NCBI GenBank assembly: GCA_964493715.1
Contig: CAZBPC010000006.1
Span: 1 to 61,191, forward strand
DNA: 61,191 nt
Reading direction: 5' to 3'
DNA from: an uncultured archaeon
GTDB taxonomy: Archaea > Asgardarchaeota > Lokiarchaeia > Sigyniarchaeales > SOKP01
Numbering within the stretch: position 1 is the first letter of the stretch; every line of letters starts with the position of its first letter. A program made the translations under genes and the position numbers. The notes beneath the pieces were generated by a model, which was not told the DNA's origin, made no database searches, and saw nothing but the letters and a program-made list of their open reading frames with translations. This document shows positions 27,761-38,445 of this stretch, in pieces.

Positions 27761-29866
27761 ATGTCTGATTTAATTGTTGTAGATATTACTGAAAATGAGA
27801 GAGTTCTACTAGATGGATCTTTAAATTTAAAAGAAATAACTGGAAATGGAAAACTGATAATAAAAAATCCTTCACAAAAAAGCAGACTCTGGAATTTAAC
27901 TTGTGACCTAAAAGAAATAGTAAATACCACAATTTCTGAGAGAGAACTAAATGCAGGAATCTTAAGTCCCGCACATGAGTATGTGGAGCAGTATGAAATA
28001 AAAAACCTCAAGAAACCTTCGTTGAACGTTATGGAAACATTTTACACAGATATTAACAATGGAGAGAAAGTGAACAATGCATTTCTTTTTGATTATGATA
28101 ACCGGTGCAAATTAAAATTAACTCTTACTAATCCATTAGATCATATCATATCTAATATCAAATTACAAAGGGAAATTCCCGTGTTTTTTCAAGATATTGA
28201 TATCATTACTCCTAGGTTAGGGGTTGCAGGACTTGTAGAGGATAGTGGATTACGTTTCTTAAATTGGGATATTGTGTCTCTTGATGGACATCAAGTTGTA
28301 GAATTAGAAGTTCTTTGTATAGTAAATGTTTCCGATAAGAACCAAAAAGCTTTAGGTGATTTAAACGTAGCGTATTTAGTTAACAACTATAAATTAACCC
28401 TTTTAAACCCTGAAGTAAGAGGTTTAACGGATTCATTGAGTGGAATAGATCGTGATGAGGGATTGCAACCTGGGACGTGGGATTGCACGGTAGAATTTAT
28501 CAATGAATCTGAATTTCAAGTTAGATTAGAAGATGTAAAGGTTTATCAAAAAATAACTACTGGTTCAGAAACTGTCGTTTCTCAAACACCTAATAGATTA
28601 TTAAACCCTGAACAAATTTGGGATTTCAAATTTAAAGTAGATTCAAAAAATGTTCCAGAATTAAGTTCTACAATAGAATTTACACCCTTATTTGTAGTAA
28701 TCACTCGATTAGTAGGAGAAATTAATAAAGAATCTACGGTGTATAACGTATTAAGCGCAACAGTTGATAAATTAATTAATCCTCCAGAAGTTGATGCTTA
28801 TGCAAATACAGATATGACAATAACTAATACTATTGTAAATAATGGAACTAGTCCAATTGATATCATTACTATTACAGACGAGATTCCCGTAGATTTTATC
28901 CCCCCCTTTCTGAGTGAAATTAAAATTAAGTTAGGCGATATTGATATTAGTTCTCGAACTGATTTTACACGAAAATTTGAAATAATTCCTGATAATCAAA
29001 GTCCGGATACAACTCATAGTGTTTATATCGAACTATTTAATTTAACTCGCGAATTTAATTCGAATACAAAATTAGAACTGACATATCCATTGATAGCACG
29101 AAATCCACGACCTCCTACAGAAACTCGCTACATGACACCTATCAAAATTGAGATTAATAGTCCTGTTGAAGGAAAAATTTTCACTAAAATGCCAGTAGTA
29201 GAACCAGAAATCAGGATCAAATATGTCAAGAGAAATCTTAAAACGCTTAAAAGTATTAAACCTGGTTTAACTGAAGGAGAATTTTCAATTTCAGTTAGGA
29301 TTCAAAATAAAGGAAATATCGAATTAGAAAATATTTTAGTAAAAGAAAAAATTCCCCAGGGATTTGAGTTAGCAGAGATTAATTTAACGTCCTATGACTT
29401 AAAAACAGGTGATGATGGTAGTGAACTTCAAATTAAACTCGATGAACTTAAGGGAAACGATTCTGTTGTTATAGATTATAGTTGTTCAGGTCAAACTGAG
29501 TATCCCCGATACGAACCCGAAGTAATTGTATTGGGAAGAGAAACTTCGGAAGGATCAACCAAATCAGAATTGAATCAATCAACGGCTAATAAAGAAGCTA
29601 TAAGCTCGATTTCTCAAGAAAAAAAGGCACATCTAAATGATCTCTTTAGAGAAATCTTTAAAAAAGTAGATCAAACAGTAAAAGGTAATGATTTTGGAAA
29701 ATTTATCGAAGAAATGCGAGATGAATTTCCATCAGGACCTATTCTTCACCAATTTATGCAATTTGCGAAAGAAATTAAAACAACAGCTGCTGAAAAAGTT
29801 ATTGTTGGAACGTTGAGAGAAGAAATACTTTCCAAATTAAATGAATTTAAGGACAAGTATGCTTAA
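27761..29866 (+). CDS. cytoplasmic multi-beta-sandwich (DUF11/Ig-like repeat) protein with helical C-terminus
   Basis: Recurrent h.h.N......NI.h.(D/E).IP..F units; no signal peptide or TM. Confidence 0.65.
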   Translation: MSDLIVVDITENERVLLDGSLNLKEITGNGKLIIKNPSQKSRLWNLTCDLKEIVNTTISERELNAGILSPAHEYVEQYEIKNLKKPSLNVMETFYTDINNGEKVNNAFLFDYDNRCKLKLTLTNPLDHIISNIKLQREIPVFFQDIDIITPRLGVAGLVEDSGLRFLNWDIVSLDGHQVVELEVLCIVNVSDKNQKALGDLNVAYLVNNYKLTLLNPEVRGLTDSLSGIDRDEGLQPGTWDCTVEFINESEFQVRLEDVKVYQKITTGSETVVSQTPNRLLNPEQIWDFKFKVDSKNVPELSSTIEFTPLFVVITRLVGEINKESTVYNVLSATVDKLINPPEVDAYANTDMTITNTIVNNGTSPIDIITITDEIPVDFIPPFLSEIKIKLGDIDISSRTDFTRKFEIIPDNQSPDTTHSVYIELFNLTREFNSNTKLELTYPLIARNPRPPTETRYMTPIKIEINSPVEGKIFTKMPVVEPEIRIKYVKRNLKTLKSIKPGLTEGEFSISVRIQNKGNIELENILVKEKIPQGFELAEINLTSYDLKTGDDGSELQIKLDELKGNDSVVIDYSCSGQTEYPRYEPEVIVLGRETSEGSTKSELNQSTANKEAISSISQEKKAHLNDLFREIFKKVDQTVKGNDFGKFIEEMRDEFPSGPILHQFMQFAKEIKTTAAEKVIVGTLREEILSKLNEFKDKYA

Positions 29867-29960
29867 TAAATTGTTTATTTCTTTTTATTTTGTTATTTTT
29901 AATCATATCAAGATCATTTTAGATAGTTAAATTATTAATATTAACAGATCACAACATTGA

Positions 29961-31046
29961 TTGTTTAACTTGCATGCTCGAGAAAGATATCTTGCAATTT
30001 ATGATGATATTCTGCGTTTAAAGCTCGATAAAGTACCAAAATTCGTTCAATATGTCAGAAGTGAATTCATTACAAAAAATCAAACTGAATTTTTACTAAA
30101 TTCATTAAATATTCCCATAAAAAATAATTATTTTGCTGTTCCTTATCATCTAGGTTTTGATGCAGTCTTTGCTCCATTTCCTTTAAGTGTAAAGGTTAAA
30201 AATATTAAAATTGAGAAAAAAAATGGTACTATATTACGGATTGGAGAAGATGGACAGTCAAAAAAAAGAGAAACTGCCTACTATGAAGGTGGATTCATTC
30301 ATTCCTTAGAAACTTTAGATAAACTTAGATCAAATATGAAGATTATCGATAGGAGTCAACTAATTTTAAAAACCATAAGGATTTATGAAAGTTATAGCAA
30401 TAAGATCTTTCCTATATTGATGGTAGATGGTATTTTCGATCGGATTTGGAAAAGTATGGGAATGGATACTTTTAGCCGGCATTTTAGAAAAAAAACTAGA
30501 CTGTATCAAGAATTGATCAAATTTTATGCTGAAATAACTCGCATAAATATTGAAGGGTTAATTAATGCAACGGGTAATCGTGGGAGAATTTTAAATATAT
30601 TGGATGATGTTGCATTTAAAGGTAGGACAATTATTTCTCCAGAGCGATGGAATCAAGATTTTTCCCCTATTTACCGTAAAATAACAGAAATAATTAAAGA
30701 TGGTGGGTTAATTCCCCAGTTACATTCAGATGGAGATGTGACGGAATTGATCCCCTCTATTATTAGAGCAGGCTTTCAAGGATTGCAAGGTTGGGAAGGT
30801 GGATGTGATCCTTATTATATAAATGATCATTTTCCCAATTTTGTAGTAATAGGATTCGGTGATGTCAGTCACGTTCTCCCTTATGGAAATAATGAACAAA
30901 TAATCCAGCATGTTAAAGATCTAATGAACGCTTTAAAAGAAAATCGTCATTTTATAATAGGACCAAGCACAGTCATCCATGAGAAAATTCCATTAAAAAA
31001 TATTAAACTCTTCATCTCTTCTGCTGAAAAATTTGGCAAGTATTGA
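29961..31046 (+). CDS. uroporphyrinogen decarboxylase / methylcobamide methyltransferase family
   Basis: DDVAFK...ISPE, HSDGDV..LIP, PST..H..IP..N. Confidence 0.8.
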   Translation: MFNLHARERYLAIYDDILRLKLDKVPKFVQYVRSEFITKNQTEFLLNSLNIPIKNNYFAVPYHLGFDAVFAPFPLSVKVKNIKIEKKNGTILRIGEDGQSKKRETAYYEGGFIHSLETLDKLRSNMKIIDRSQLILKTIRIYESYSNKIFPILMVDGIFDRIWKSMGMDTFSRHFRKKTRLYQELIKFYAEITRINIEGLINATGNRGRILNILDDVAFKGRTIISPERWNQDFSPIYRKITEIIKDGGLIPQLHSDGDVTELIPSIIRAGFQGLQGWEGGCDPYYINDHFPNFVVIGFGDVSHVLPYGNNEQIIQHVKDLMNALKENRHFIIGPSTVIHEKIPLKNIKLFISSAEKFGKY

Positions 31047-31105
31047 AAATTTTTTTAATCACTCAAGATTAATAATAACAGCCTTCATAAAAATACCTGA
31101 TAAAA

Positions 31106-31738
31106 ATGTCAATTATCACTATAATAGTTATTATCTTGATTTCCTCTTATTTCCTTGAAGTCTCCTCATATATCTTTCAGCTAATCAACTTTAAAAATAA
31201 ATCTTATGACAAGCTATTGACTCGAGGTAAATTTTTTCAATATTTATCCCTAGTAAATTTATTAATCATCACGTTTTTCACGTCAAATATCTTTCAGTCC
31301 TTTTTTCCCGAGAATTTGAGCTATTTCCATAGTCTTTGGGGTTATTTTTCTCTCATTGGAATAATATTCATCATTGGAGGATCAAGAATCATGCATTTAG
31401 CAACAAAATTATTACACCAAGAGAAGGGTAAATTAATAACAAAAGGGATTTATAAAACGACGAGACATCCAATATACTTAGCTTTAATCTTAATTTCATT
31501 TGGAAGTGCGATTATTCTCGACTCTGTAGCTGGAATATTGTTAATTCCCTTAAATACGGGCGTTTTAGAGATATTATCTTTCTTAGAAGAAAAGCATGTA
31601 TTAATGAGAAAATTTCAATCTCAATATCAAAAATATAAAGAAACAGTTCCTTCCAAATTATTTCCAAATCCTTATAATTATCTTCTGATTATCATTTCGA
31701 TTCTAACTGCTTATGTTGGAATTTTAAATTTAGTGTAG
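31106..31738 (+). CDS. PEMT/ICMT family membrane methyltransferase
   Basis: LIT.GIY..TRHPIY, EEK..L..F...Y..YK..VP. Confidence 0.85.
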   Translation: MSIITIIVIILISSYFLEVSSYIFQLINFKNKSYDKLLTRGKFFQYLSLVNLLIITFFTSNIFQSFFPENLSYFHSLWGYFSLIGIIFIIGGSRIMHLATKLLHQEKGKLITKGIYKTTRHPIYLALILISFGSAIILDSVAGILLIPLNTGVLEILSFLEEKHVLMRKFQSQYQKYKETVPSKLFPNPYNYLLIIISILTAYVGILNLV

Positions 31739-32914
31739 TAATTTTTTTAATTGTTTAACGACCATTTTTTGAAAATTTTCCATTTCAAGCAGATGTTCGT
31801 CAAGGATTTTAATTTTCTCTGTTTTATAACTCTCTTCATAAATATTCTTCTTTTCTAATTCTAACCAGGTTTTATTCTGGTTTTTAAGGTACTTTAAAGA
31901 TTTTTCCATGTCTCCAACTTCAATTTTAACTGTATCTTTTGAATTTTTGATTAATTGAAGTATTAAATTAAAATTATTAATAGAATTTAACCAGTTTTTC
32001 AACCCTTTATCATGCTTCAATCCTTCAATTGATTGGTTCATATACTCTAAAAACGCAATATATATATTAACGGGTTTTATCACACTTGTTTTTCTAGGAA
32101 ACTCAGATTTTCTTTCTGTTTCAAAAGTATTAGTAATGTATTTTAGTGAGATGTTACTTTCTTCAGATGCTTTATTTTCAATATCCTCTTTTTCCAAAAC
32201 TTTATGGTCAGTAATCAATTGGAATTCATCAATTTCTAATTGTGTGATTAAGGGAGTAAATCTTACTTGTAATTGTTCCTCCGCAAAATATTTATCCGAA
32301 TCTCTTATGATTTGTGTATAGGTTTGGATTAGGTCTTCACCAATAGGTGCAAATAAAACACCATGATCAGTATCTAATTGTTTTAATAATGGATAAATTC
32401 TACGAGTTTTGATTGAACCGGTCACTAAAATTTTTTGCCAGGGTTTTAATTCTGGCAATCCTTCTAACGGATTTTTAACAATCACTTCTATGCTCCCTTG
32501 AAGATTTATCCTTGACAGATTCTTATTTGTTATTTTAGCAATAAGTGAATTTGCTTCAAGAATTTTTATTTTACCTTTAGGTGCTAATTGATGAGCAAGT
32601 GCAGCTATATAACCACTCTTTGCTCCAAGAATGAGCAAGTCATCATCTTCTTTTAACATTAAGTTTTGAATCATGATTGTTATCATGTGAGGTGCACTAA
32701 TTGTTCGAATGTTTTCTGGATTTGTTTTGTCAAAATAGAAAAGAGAAGGAGCATCATCATATATTTTGGAGAATTTAATGCATCTTTTTGGGATAAACTC
32801 CCTAAGAGGTAAGGTTAGAAATGCCTTAAACAATCTGATATCATTTAAATACCCGGCATTAAACAAATGATATAGTAATCCAATTTTAGCTTTAAAATAA
32901 TTATTATTTTCCAT
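31730..32914 (-). CDS. protein-L-isoaspartate O-methyltransferase-like with helical C-terminal extension
   Basis: REF, TISAPHM, divergent SAM motif ILGAKSGY.AAL, G.PE..PW.KILVT, VRFTPL. Confidence 0.75.
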   Translation of the reverse strand: MENNNYFKAKIGLLYHLFNAGYLNDIRLFKAFLTLPLREFIPKRCIKFSKIYDDAPSLFYFDKTNPENIRTISAPHMITIMIQNLMLKEDDDLLILGAKSGYIAALAHQLAPKGKIKILEANSLIAKITNKNLSRINLQGSIEVIVKNPLEGLPELKPWQKILVTGSIKTRRIYPLLKQLDTDHGVLFAPIGEDLIQTYTQIIRDSDKYFAEEQLQVRFTPLITQLEIDEFQLITDHKVLEKEDIENKASEESNISLKYITNTFETERKSEFPRKTSVIKPVNIYIAFLEYMNQSIEGLKHDKGLKNWLNSINNFNLILQLIKNSKDTVKIEVGDMEKSLKYLKNQNKTWLELEKKNIYEESYKTEKIKILDEHLLEMENFQKMVVKQLKKLLH

Positions 32915-33026
32915 ATTTTTTAGGAATTATCGAATTGTAAATTAAAGATGTATCGAATTTTTATATATATTTTTATAATAAAAAATTAACATTCATATAG
33001 TAACTCTACTCAGTCTCTCCCTACCC

Positions 33027-33608
33027 ATGATAGTCCTTGAAATTAAAAGTATAAGACAAGTGAGATTAACATTGTCTTTGATCACAATAAACATTATCCT
33101 CTTTTTTACATTAAATAATCCATTATATCTCGATTATTTTTATAAACTGGTTTTAATAAATTCAAATGTCATTGAACAAAATGAGATCTGGAGACTTTTT
33201 ACTTCAATGTTCATGCATGGTGACTTAAATCACCTGATATCAAATATGTTTGGTCTATTGATATTTGGTACCTATATTGAACAATCTTTAAGTAAAATAA
33301 AATATCTTTTTATTTATGTAATTTCAGGATTAATTGGAAATTTATTCACTTTACTGCTATATCCAAGAAATGTTATTAGCTTTGGGGCATCAGGAGCAAT
33401 ATTTGGGATTATTGGAGTGGTGGCTGTAATCATTTATATTGAAGGAGACAAATTTTTTTTACTATTAGCAACTCTTTATTTATTGTATTTTATCGCATCT
33501 TCCTTTGCACCGGGTATAAACTTGTGGGCTCACTTATTTGGGTTAGCATCTGGTAGTATTTTCGCTTTTGTTAATCATTTTATAGAAGTAAAGAATCAGA
33601 AGAAGTGA
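33027..33608 (+). CDS. rhomboid intramembrane serine protease
   Basis: WRLFTSMFMH, H..SNM, GASGA, AHL.G. Confidence 0.93.
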   Translation: MIVLEIKSIRQVRLTLSLITINIILFFTLNNPLYLDYFYKLVLINSNVIEQNEIWRLFTSMFMHGDLNHLISNMFGLLIFGTYIEQSLSKIKYLFIYVISGLIGNLFTLLLYPRNVISFGASGAIFGIIGVVAVIIYIEGDKFFLLLATLYLLYFIASSFAPGINLWAHLFGLASGSIFAFVNHFIEVKNQKK

Positions 33609-34273
33609 TTATGCTTCTGTTTTTTTTCTTTGAGTGCTAATTCCATCGAGAAATCTTTAGGGCATAAAGATGTAATTGGGCAATTTTTGCATTTTGGGCG
33701 ATTTGGTAGGCACGTTGATTGACCAAATCTAACAAAAATTCGATTTATTCTTATCCATTGATCTTTTGGAATAATGTGTTTTAGCGATTCCTCAGTCTGT
33801 TCAGGTTTAAGGGTTTTAACCCAACCCAGTCTATTTGAAATCCTATGAACATGAATATCAACAGGAATAGCAGGTTGTTTAAAAGCATATACTAAGACAC
33901 AATTAGCGGTCTTGGATCCCACTCCTGGTAAGGAGATCAGATCTTTATAGTTTTTTGGGACAATTCCATTGTGTTCGTCGGTAAGAATTCTTGATACTTT
34001 CTTTATTCTAAGAGCTTTTACTTTATAAAAACCTGCTTTATAAATTAATCTTTCTAAATCATCAATATTAGCATTAGCTATTTGTTCAGGTGTTTTAAAC
34101 CGGGAGAACAACGATAATGTCGCTACTCTTGTATTTTCATCTCTTGTTCTCGCAGATAAAATTGTTGAAATTAGAATTTTAAACGGATCTTGTTTTTTGG
34201 ATGATAATTCATCTAAATGAGTCTCTCCTTCTAAACTATTTTCAATCGTATCAAAAATTTCTTCAAAGTTCAT
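33596..34273 (-). CDS. nth: endonuclease III
   Basis: LISTILSA, HhH LPGVGSKTA, VDIHV.R, C.P.RPKC..CP....C Fe-S motif. Confidence 0.95.
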   Translation of the reverse strand: MNFEEIFDTIENSLEGETHLDELSSKKQDPFKILISTILSARTRDENTRVATLSLFSRFKTPEQIANANIDDLERLIYKAGFYKVKALRIKKVSRILTDEHNGIVPKNYKDLISLPGVGSKTANCVLVYAFKQPAIPVDIHVHRISNRLGWVKTLKPEQTEESLKHIIPKDQWIRINRIFVRFGQSTCLPNRPKCKNCPITSLCPKDFSMELALKEKKQKHNHFF

Positions 34274-34282
34274 TATTATTCA

Positions 34283-35692
34283 TTACTTTTTTTCAAAAAT
34301 GAAAATCTTTCTTTTTATTACTTGTCCTTTTTTTGCATCGAGGAAAGCCCTTACTTGGGATTTTTGAAATTGTAGTCTCTGATTTGACTTATTTATAATT
34401 CGTTCTAAATTCATCATTGGTACAACTTTAAAATTATTATTTATAGCGATTTTTTCAATATCCATACTTACATCTCCACCATCACTAGTACTAATTATAG
34501 GTGAGATTATTGCTATTCTACTATTTGGCTTTAAAATTATTTCTGCTTCTCTAAACGTATGTGAATACAGAGGAATCAATTGATTTTGTATCAAATCCAT
34601 CGCTTCTTTATAATTTGGATTTGTTTTAAAGAATGGTCCTAAATCTGGTTCCGTACATATTCCATCGAAATAATTTTTATCAAAATGCTCTGATAAATTC
34701 TTAATATCAACTTGTTTAATTTGATTATTTAATTGGTAAGGTATATCCTCCTCTAAATCATTAAGTAACCAATTTAGATTTCGAAAAGTCTGTTGCACTT
34801 TTTGGGCATCATTATCTGTTCCATATACTTGAAAATCTTCTATTGTAGCAAGTAATAAAATTGTTCCGGTTCCTACAAAAGGATCCAGTATTTTTTTGGA
34901 TTCCCTTTCTTCAAATAAATTTAAAAAATTTAACATAATTAATGCTAATTTTGGAGAAATGCTACTCTTAAATTCTTTAAAGGGACGTTCCTCATCAATT
35001 TTCTTTTTATAACTTGGATCATCACACGTATAGGTTCTACCAATATACATTCCTTCTTCAGTAATTCCGAATACAATTTCTGCACGATCTTCATTGAATA
35101 ATCCATATTTAATGAGAACATGAGGAAAAATGGGGTTCAAATTTCCTTTTTGAATGTTTTCTTCAGGATATTTGTAATATAATGATTTACTAGCTCCCAT
35201 TTCCTTTAATAAATTCATTATTTCTTTATTGAGAAATGGTAGGAGATGTTTGACTAATACATCTTTATAAAATTCATCATCATAAAAATTAGGGTAAATA
35301 GAAACAGCAAAGAAAAGACTCTCATTTTTAATTCTCTTAAACATCTTAGGCAGAGAATTATTAATTATAGTCAGTATTTTACTTCTTGTTATTTCAACAA
35401 CTTTAAATTTCTCTATATGTGAAGGGAAAGCTTCCATTAAAGTATTTATATGGACAAAATCAAATATCTTTGCTATTTTCTGACATCCTCCTAATATATA
35501 TTGTAATTCCATCAGATCATTAATATAATGCTTGTTCTTATGCAGATCTTCAAATTCAACAACTGCGATATTTGCTGAATAATCAACAATTTTACCTTTA
35601 AATCTTGAAGAAAAATGAAGAACATTATCCAACTCTGCTAAAGATAGTTTGAAATTTGATCCTAAAACAAAAATAAATTTATCCATTATCAA
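34283..35692 (-). CDS. Trm11/TrmG10-like tRNA methyltransferase
   Basis: L.LAEL, ISPKLA..M.N, LDPFVGTGT, TEPDLG. Confidence 0.75.
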   Translation of the reverse strand: MIMDKFIFVLGSNFKLSLAELDNVLHFSSRFKGKIVDYSANIAVVEFEDLHKNKHYINDLMELQYILGGCQKIAKIFDFVHINTLMEAFPSHIEKFKVVEITRSKILTIINNSLPKMFKRIKNESLFFAVSIYPNFYDDEFYKDVLVKHLLPFLNKEIMNLLKEMGASKSLYYKYPEENIQKGNLNPIFPHVLIKYGLFNEDRAEIVFGITEEGMYIGRTYTCDDPSYKKKIDEERPFKEFKSSISPKLALIMLNFLNLFEERESKKILDPFVGTGTILLLATIEDFQVYGTDNDAQKVQQTFRNLNWLLNDLEEDIPYQLNNQIKQVDIKNLSEHFDKNYFDGICTEPDLGPFFKTNPNYKEAMDLIQNQLIPLYSHTFREAEIILKPNSRIAIISPIISTSDGGDVSMDIEKIAINNNFKVVPMMNLERIINKSNQRLQFQKSQVRAFLDAKKGQVIKRKIFIFEKK

Positions 35693-35763
35693 TCGTGATA
35701 AAAAATTAGAATATTAGACGGTAAAAAGTTGCATGTAATATCTTTTTTTCCTTTTTTTCGACT

Positions 35764-37035
35764 TTATTCAGTGCCTATAACAAACTTGATGACTTTTATA
35801 ATATCGGATTTGCGCGCATTATTAGGTAAATGAATATCATTTTCATCACAGAACTGCTTTAACTCTTTTACTGTTAAATTTGATAGATCGTCGGGAAGTT
35901 GTTGTGTTGCTTCCTGTGAAATAATATTTTCTGAATCTTTAGGATCTTCAGAGGGTTCCCCTTCCAAATTGATTGAGGATTCGTATTTTTCTCCTGATAC
36001 CTCTTCAATGGCACTAATTATATCTTCTAAATCTTCTTTTTTTCTTTTTGGGAACAAATCTGGGACTTGTTCAACGACATTACTATCTAACGTTTCTGTT
36101 TTTTTTTCCCCTGTTTTGATTTGGTTTTCTTTCATCTCCTTCATAGAATTCGCATAATTTTCTCTTAGATGTTTTAAACTTGCATTTATGAGGTTTGAAA
36201 AATTTGTCCATCCATCCTTTTCTATTGCAGATTTTGCCCAGAGATATAAATCTTGCTGTAAATCAACTGTGATTACCTTCCCTTCAGTAGCAATATCTAA
36301 GATCAACCACCGTAAAATGTTAGAAATTATAATGTCATTATCAAAAGCCTTAAATCCGTATTCTCGTCCAAGACTTGAAAATATGGAAAGACTTCCAAAT
36401 GCAAAAACTTTTCCCTTAAAATATTCAACACTCACCATTAGTGGTATTTTTGGAGAATCTTCTTCAATCCATGTCTGTCCATCAAAGAAATTACGAAAAC
36501 AATAGAGTCCTCCTCTTACAACAACGTCAAATCTTACATTTTTCCTATTTTCTTCAAGTTCAAACGTTTCAATTGAACATGCACTAGATAAAACGATTTT
36601 TTGAATTTGTTCCGTGATATAGTGTGATTTGAACTTATCTAAAATCTGTCGTTTTTGTACGCTTACATAATTCACGGAATCAGACACTTCATCAGCTACA
36701 AATCTAAATCCAAATTTTTTTGTGAGTTCATTCAAATTGGTACGATTAACATAATCTCCTCCACGAGTGCTTACGAGCAACAATCCTCCTCCCAACCTTA
36801 CATATTGTTCTAAATTTTCAATTTCTTGAGGACTTAGGTCAACATTTTTAGGAGATGATATAATGATCGCATCATAATCTTTTAGTGTCATTACTGAAGC
36901 AAATCCCGCCTCTATTTTCCCTAATTTATAACCTGAAGTAAATAAAAATTGGGTAAAATCTGTATAGGAAGAAGCTTCCAATGTTAACATGTTGTTATGG
37001 CTATTATCAAGGGCAATTGAATATTTCTTTTCCAT
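35764..37035 (-). CDS. GIFT (GldG/IFT52-like) domain + RHH-like segment + SAP/Rho-N-like C-terminal domain
   Basis: D.SHN, L..YD..II.SP, EIE.L..YV..GGGLL, NLNEL...FG, G.V...GS..IFS, DN...N...WL; C-terminal LSNLTVKELK..C....I......RK.DII. Confidence 0.7.
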   Translation of the reverse strand: MEKKYSIALDNSHNNMLTLEASSYTDFTQFLFTSGYKLGKIEAGFASVMTLKDYDAIIISSPKNVDLSPQEIENLEQYVRLGGGLLLVSTRGGDYVNRTNLNELTKKFGFRFVADEVSDSVNYVSVQKRQILDKFKSHYITEQIQKIVLSSACSIETFELEENRKNVRFDVVVRGGLYCFRNFFDGQTWIEEDSPKIPLMVSVEYFKGKVFAFGSLSIFSSLGREYGFKAFDNDIIISNILRWLILDIATEGKVITVDLQQDLYLWAKSAIEKDGWTNFSNLINASLKHLRENYANSMKEMKENQIKTGEKKTETLDSNVVEQVPDLFPKRKKEDLEDIISAIEEVSGEKYESSINLEGEPSEDPKDSENIISQEATQQLPDDLSNLTVKELKQFCDENDIHLPNNARKSDIIKVIKFVIGTE

Positions 37036-37181
37036 TTTAAATACTAAATTCTTTTTTTTTATTCATAGTAATAATAGACCTATTATTTATATAACTTACA
37101 TCATTAGAATTTGGGATCTATCTCTCAAATGATTCTATAACAATTGCTATCTCATTATTTCATAAAAAAAAAGAGATTAAA

Positions 37182-38282
37182 TTAAATTTTAATTTTAATA
37201 TTGAACCTAGCTAATAACATCGCTATACACGCTTCTATTAAAATAGGAAGAACGCCAAGAACTATCATGGTTAATACTGGTAAAGCTAATAAAGTATCTC
37301 GAAAATTATCTACAAGAAATTGGGCTAATAGGCTAAAGACCAACGCAAAAATAAACAATACTAGAAGGTTTTTGCCCATTTCACTTAAAATGGGTACTTT
37401 AAAATTTAACATCTCAAAGCTGAAAAACACTGCAATTAGAAACCCAGAAACTGCAATAGCTAATAATGCTAAGGATGTAGTACAATCGTGATGCTCTGCC
37501 GGTTGAATCCAATCTACAACATAAAAAAGAATTATCGCAATAGAGGATACAGGTAATATTCGTTTTTTAAAACCAATCTTAGTATCATTTGGATCCATTT
37601 TAAACCATTGGGAAAAGCAGGTCGCTGCGATAGCTATTGCTGCGTGATTGAAAGCATTAAATGGAAATATTATACTTCCTCCTGGGAGAGGTCCTTTATA
37701 TTCAAATATTCCACTAGCATATAAAAGAGAATGAATGATCATTATCGCTATACTTAAAAGAATTCTCTTATCAGCACTTTTTGGTATTAAGTAAGTTGCT
37801 AGATAAGCTGCAAACGTGCCAATCGCAAGATTAGCAAACGTACCATACCATAATACTTCATCCCATGGTATAATCCCATTTGAAATTAAACCTCCTAAAA
37901 GTCCATCATCAATAAATGCCAAAGCATATAATAATGCTACTCTAATTAATCCGTGTTTCCAAGCCGCTCCAGTTCCTTTTTTTTCTCTTCGACTTGTGAA
38001 AGCTAAGTATGCTCCAAATCCCATTACAAACATGAAGATTTGTTGTCCAATATCTATTATTGTTATCATGGGAGGATATCCGTTATAATATTTAAACCCA
38101 TGATTCAATAAGGGTGGACCAATCGGTTGAATACCTAATCCAAAATTTCCTGATAATTCCCAGGTAACTACAGAAATGATTAAGAAAATAATAATTAATC
38201 CTCGAAATTGATCTAACCATTCATATCGAACATGTAATGGTTCTTTTCGCACACTATCTTGTTCAATTACTTCTTCTGACAT
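37182..38282 (-). CDS. HGSNAT-like transmembrane acyltransferase
   Basis: R..WLD.FRG, H, T.ID...F.F.MG, MGKN.L; ~10 TM. Confidence 0.75.
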   Translation of the reverse strand: MSEEVIEQDSVRKEPLHVRYEWLDQFRGLIIIFLIISVVTWELSGNFGLGIQPIGPPLLNHGFKYYNGYPPMITIIDIGQQIFMFVMGFGAYLAFTSRREKKGTGAAWKHGLIRVALLYALAFIDDGLLGGLISNGIIPWDEVLWYGTFANLAIGTFAAYLATYLIPKSADKRILLSIAIMIIHSLLYASGIFEYKGPLPGGSIIFPFNAFNHAAIAIAATCFSQWFKMDPNDTKIGFKKRILPVSSIAIILFYVVDWIQPAEHHDCTTSLALLAIAVSGFLIAVFFSFEMLNFKVPILSEMGKNLLVLFIFALVFSLLAQFLVDNFRDTLLALPVLTMIVLGVLPILIEACIAMLLARFNIKIKI

Positions 38283-38445
38283 ATTTTGCCACGTGTAATT
38301 TCATTTTTTAGTATAAAAATAGTAAATATAGATTTATTCTCGACTTATATAAAAATTACGATCATTTGTTAGAGATAAAGAAACTTAATAAAATAATAAG
38401 ACCATTTCACTATAATCATCTTTGTAATTTTCATCGTGAAATGAT

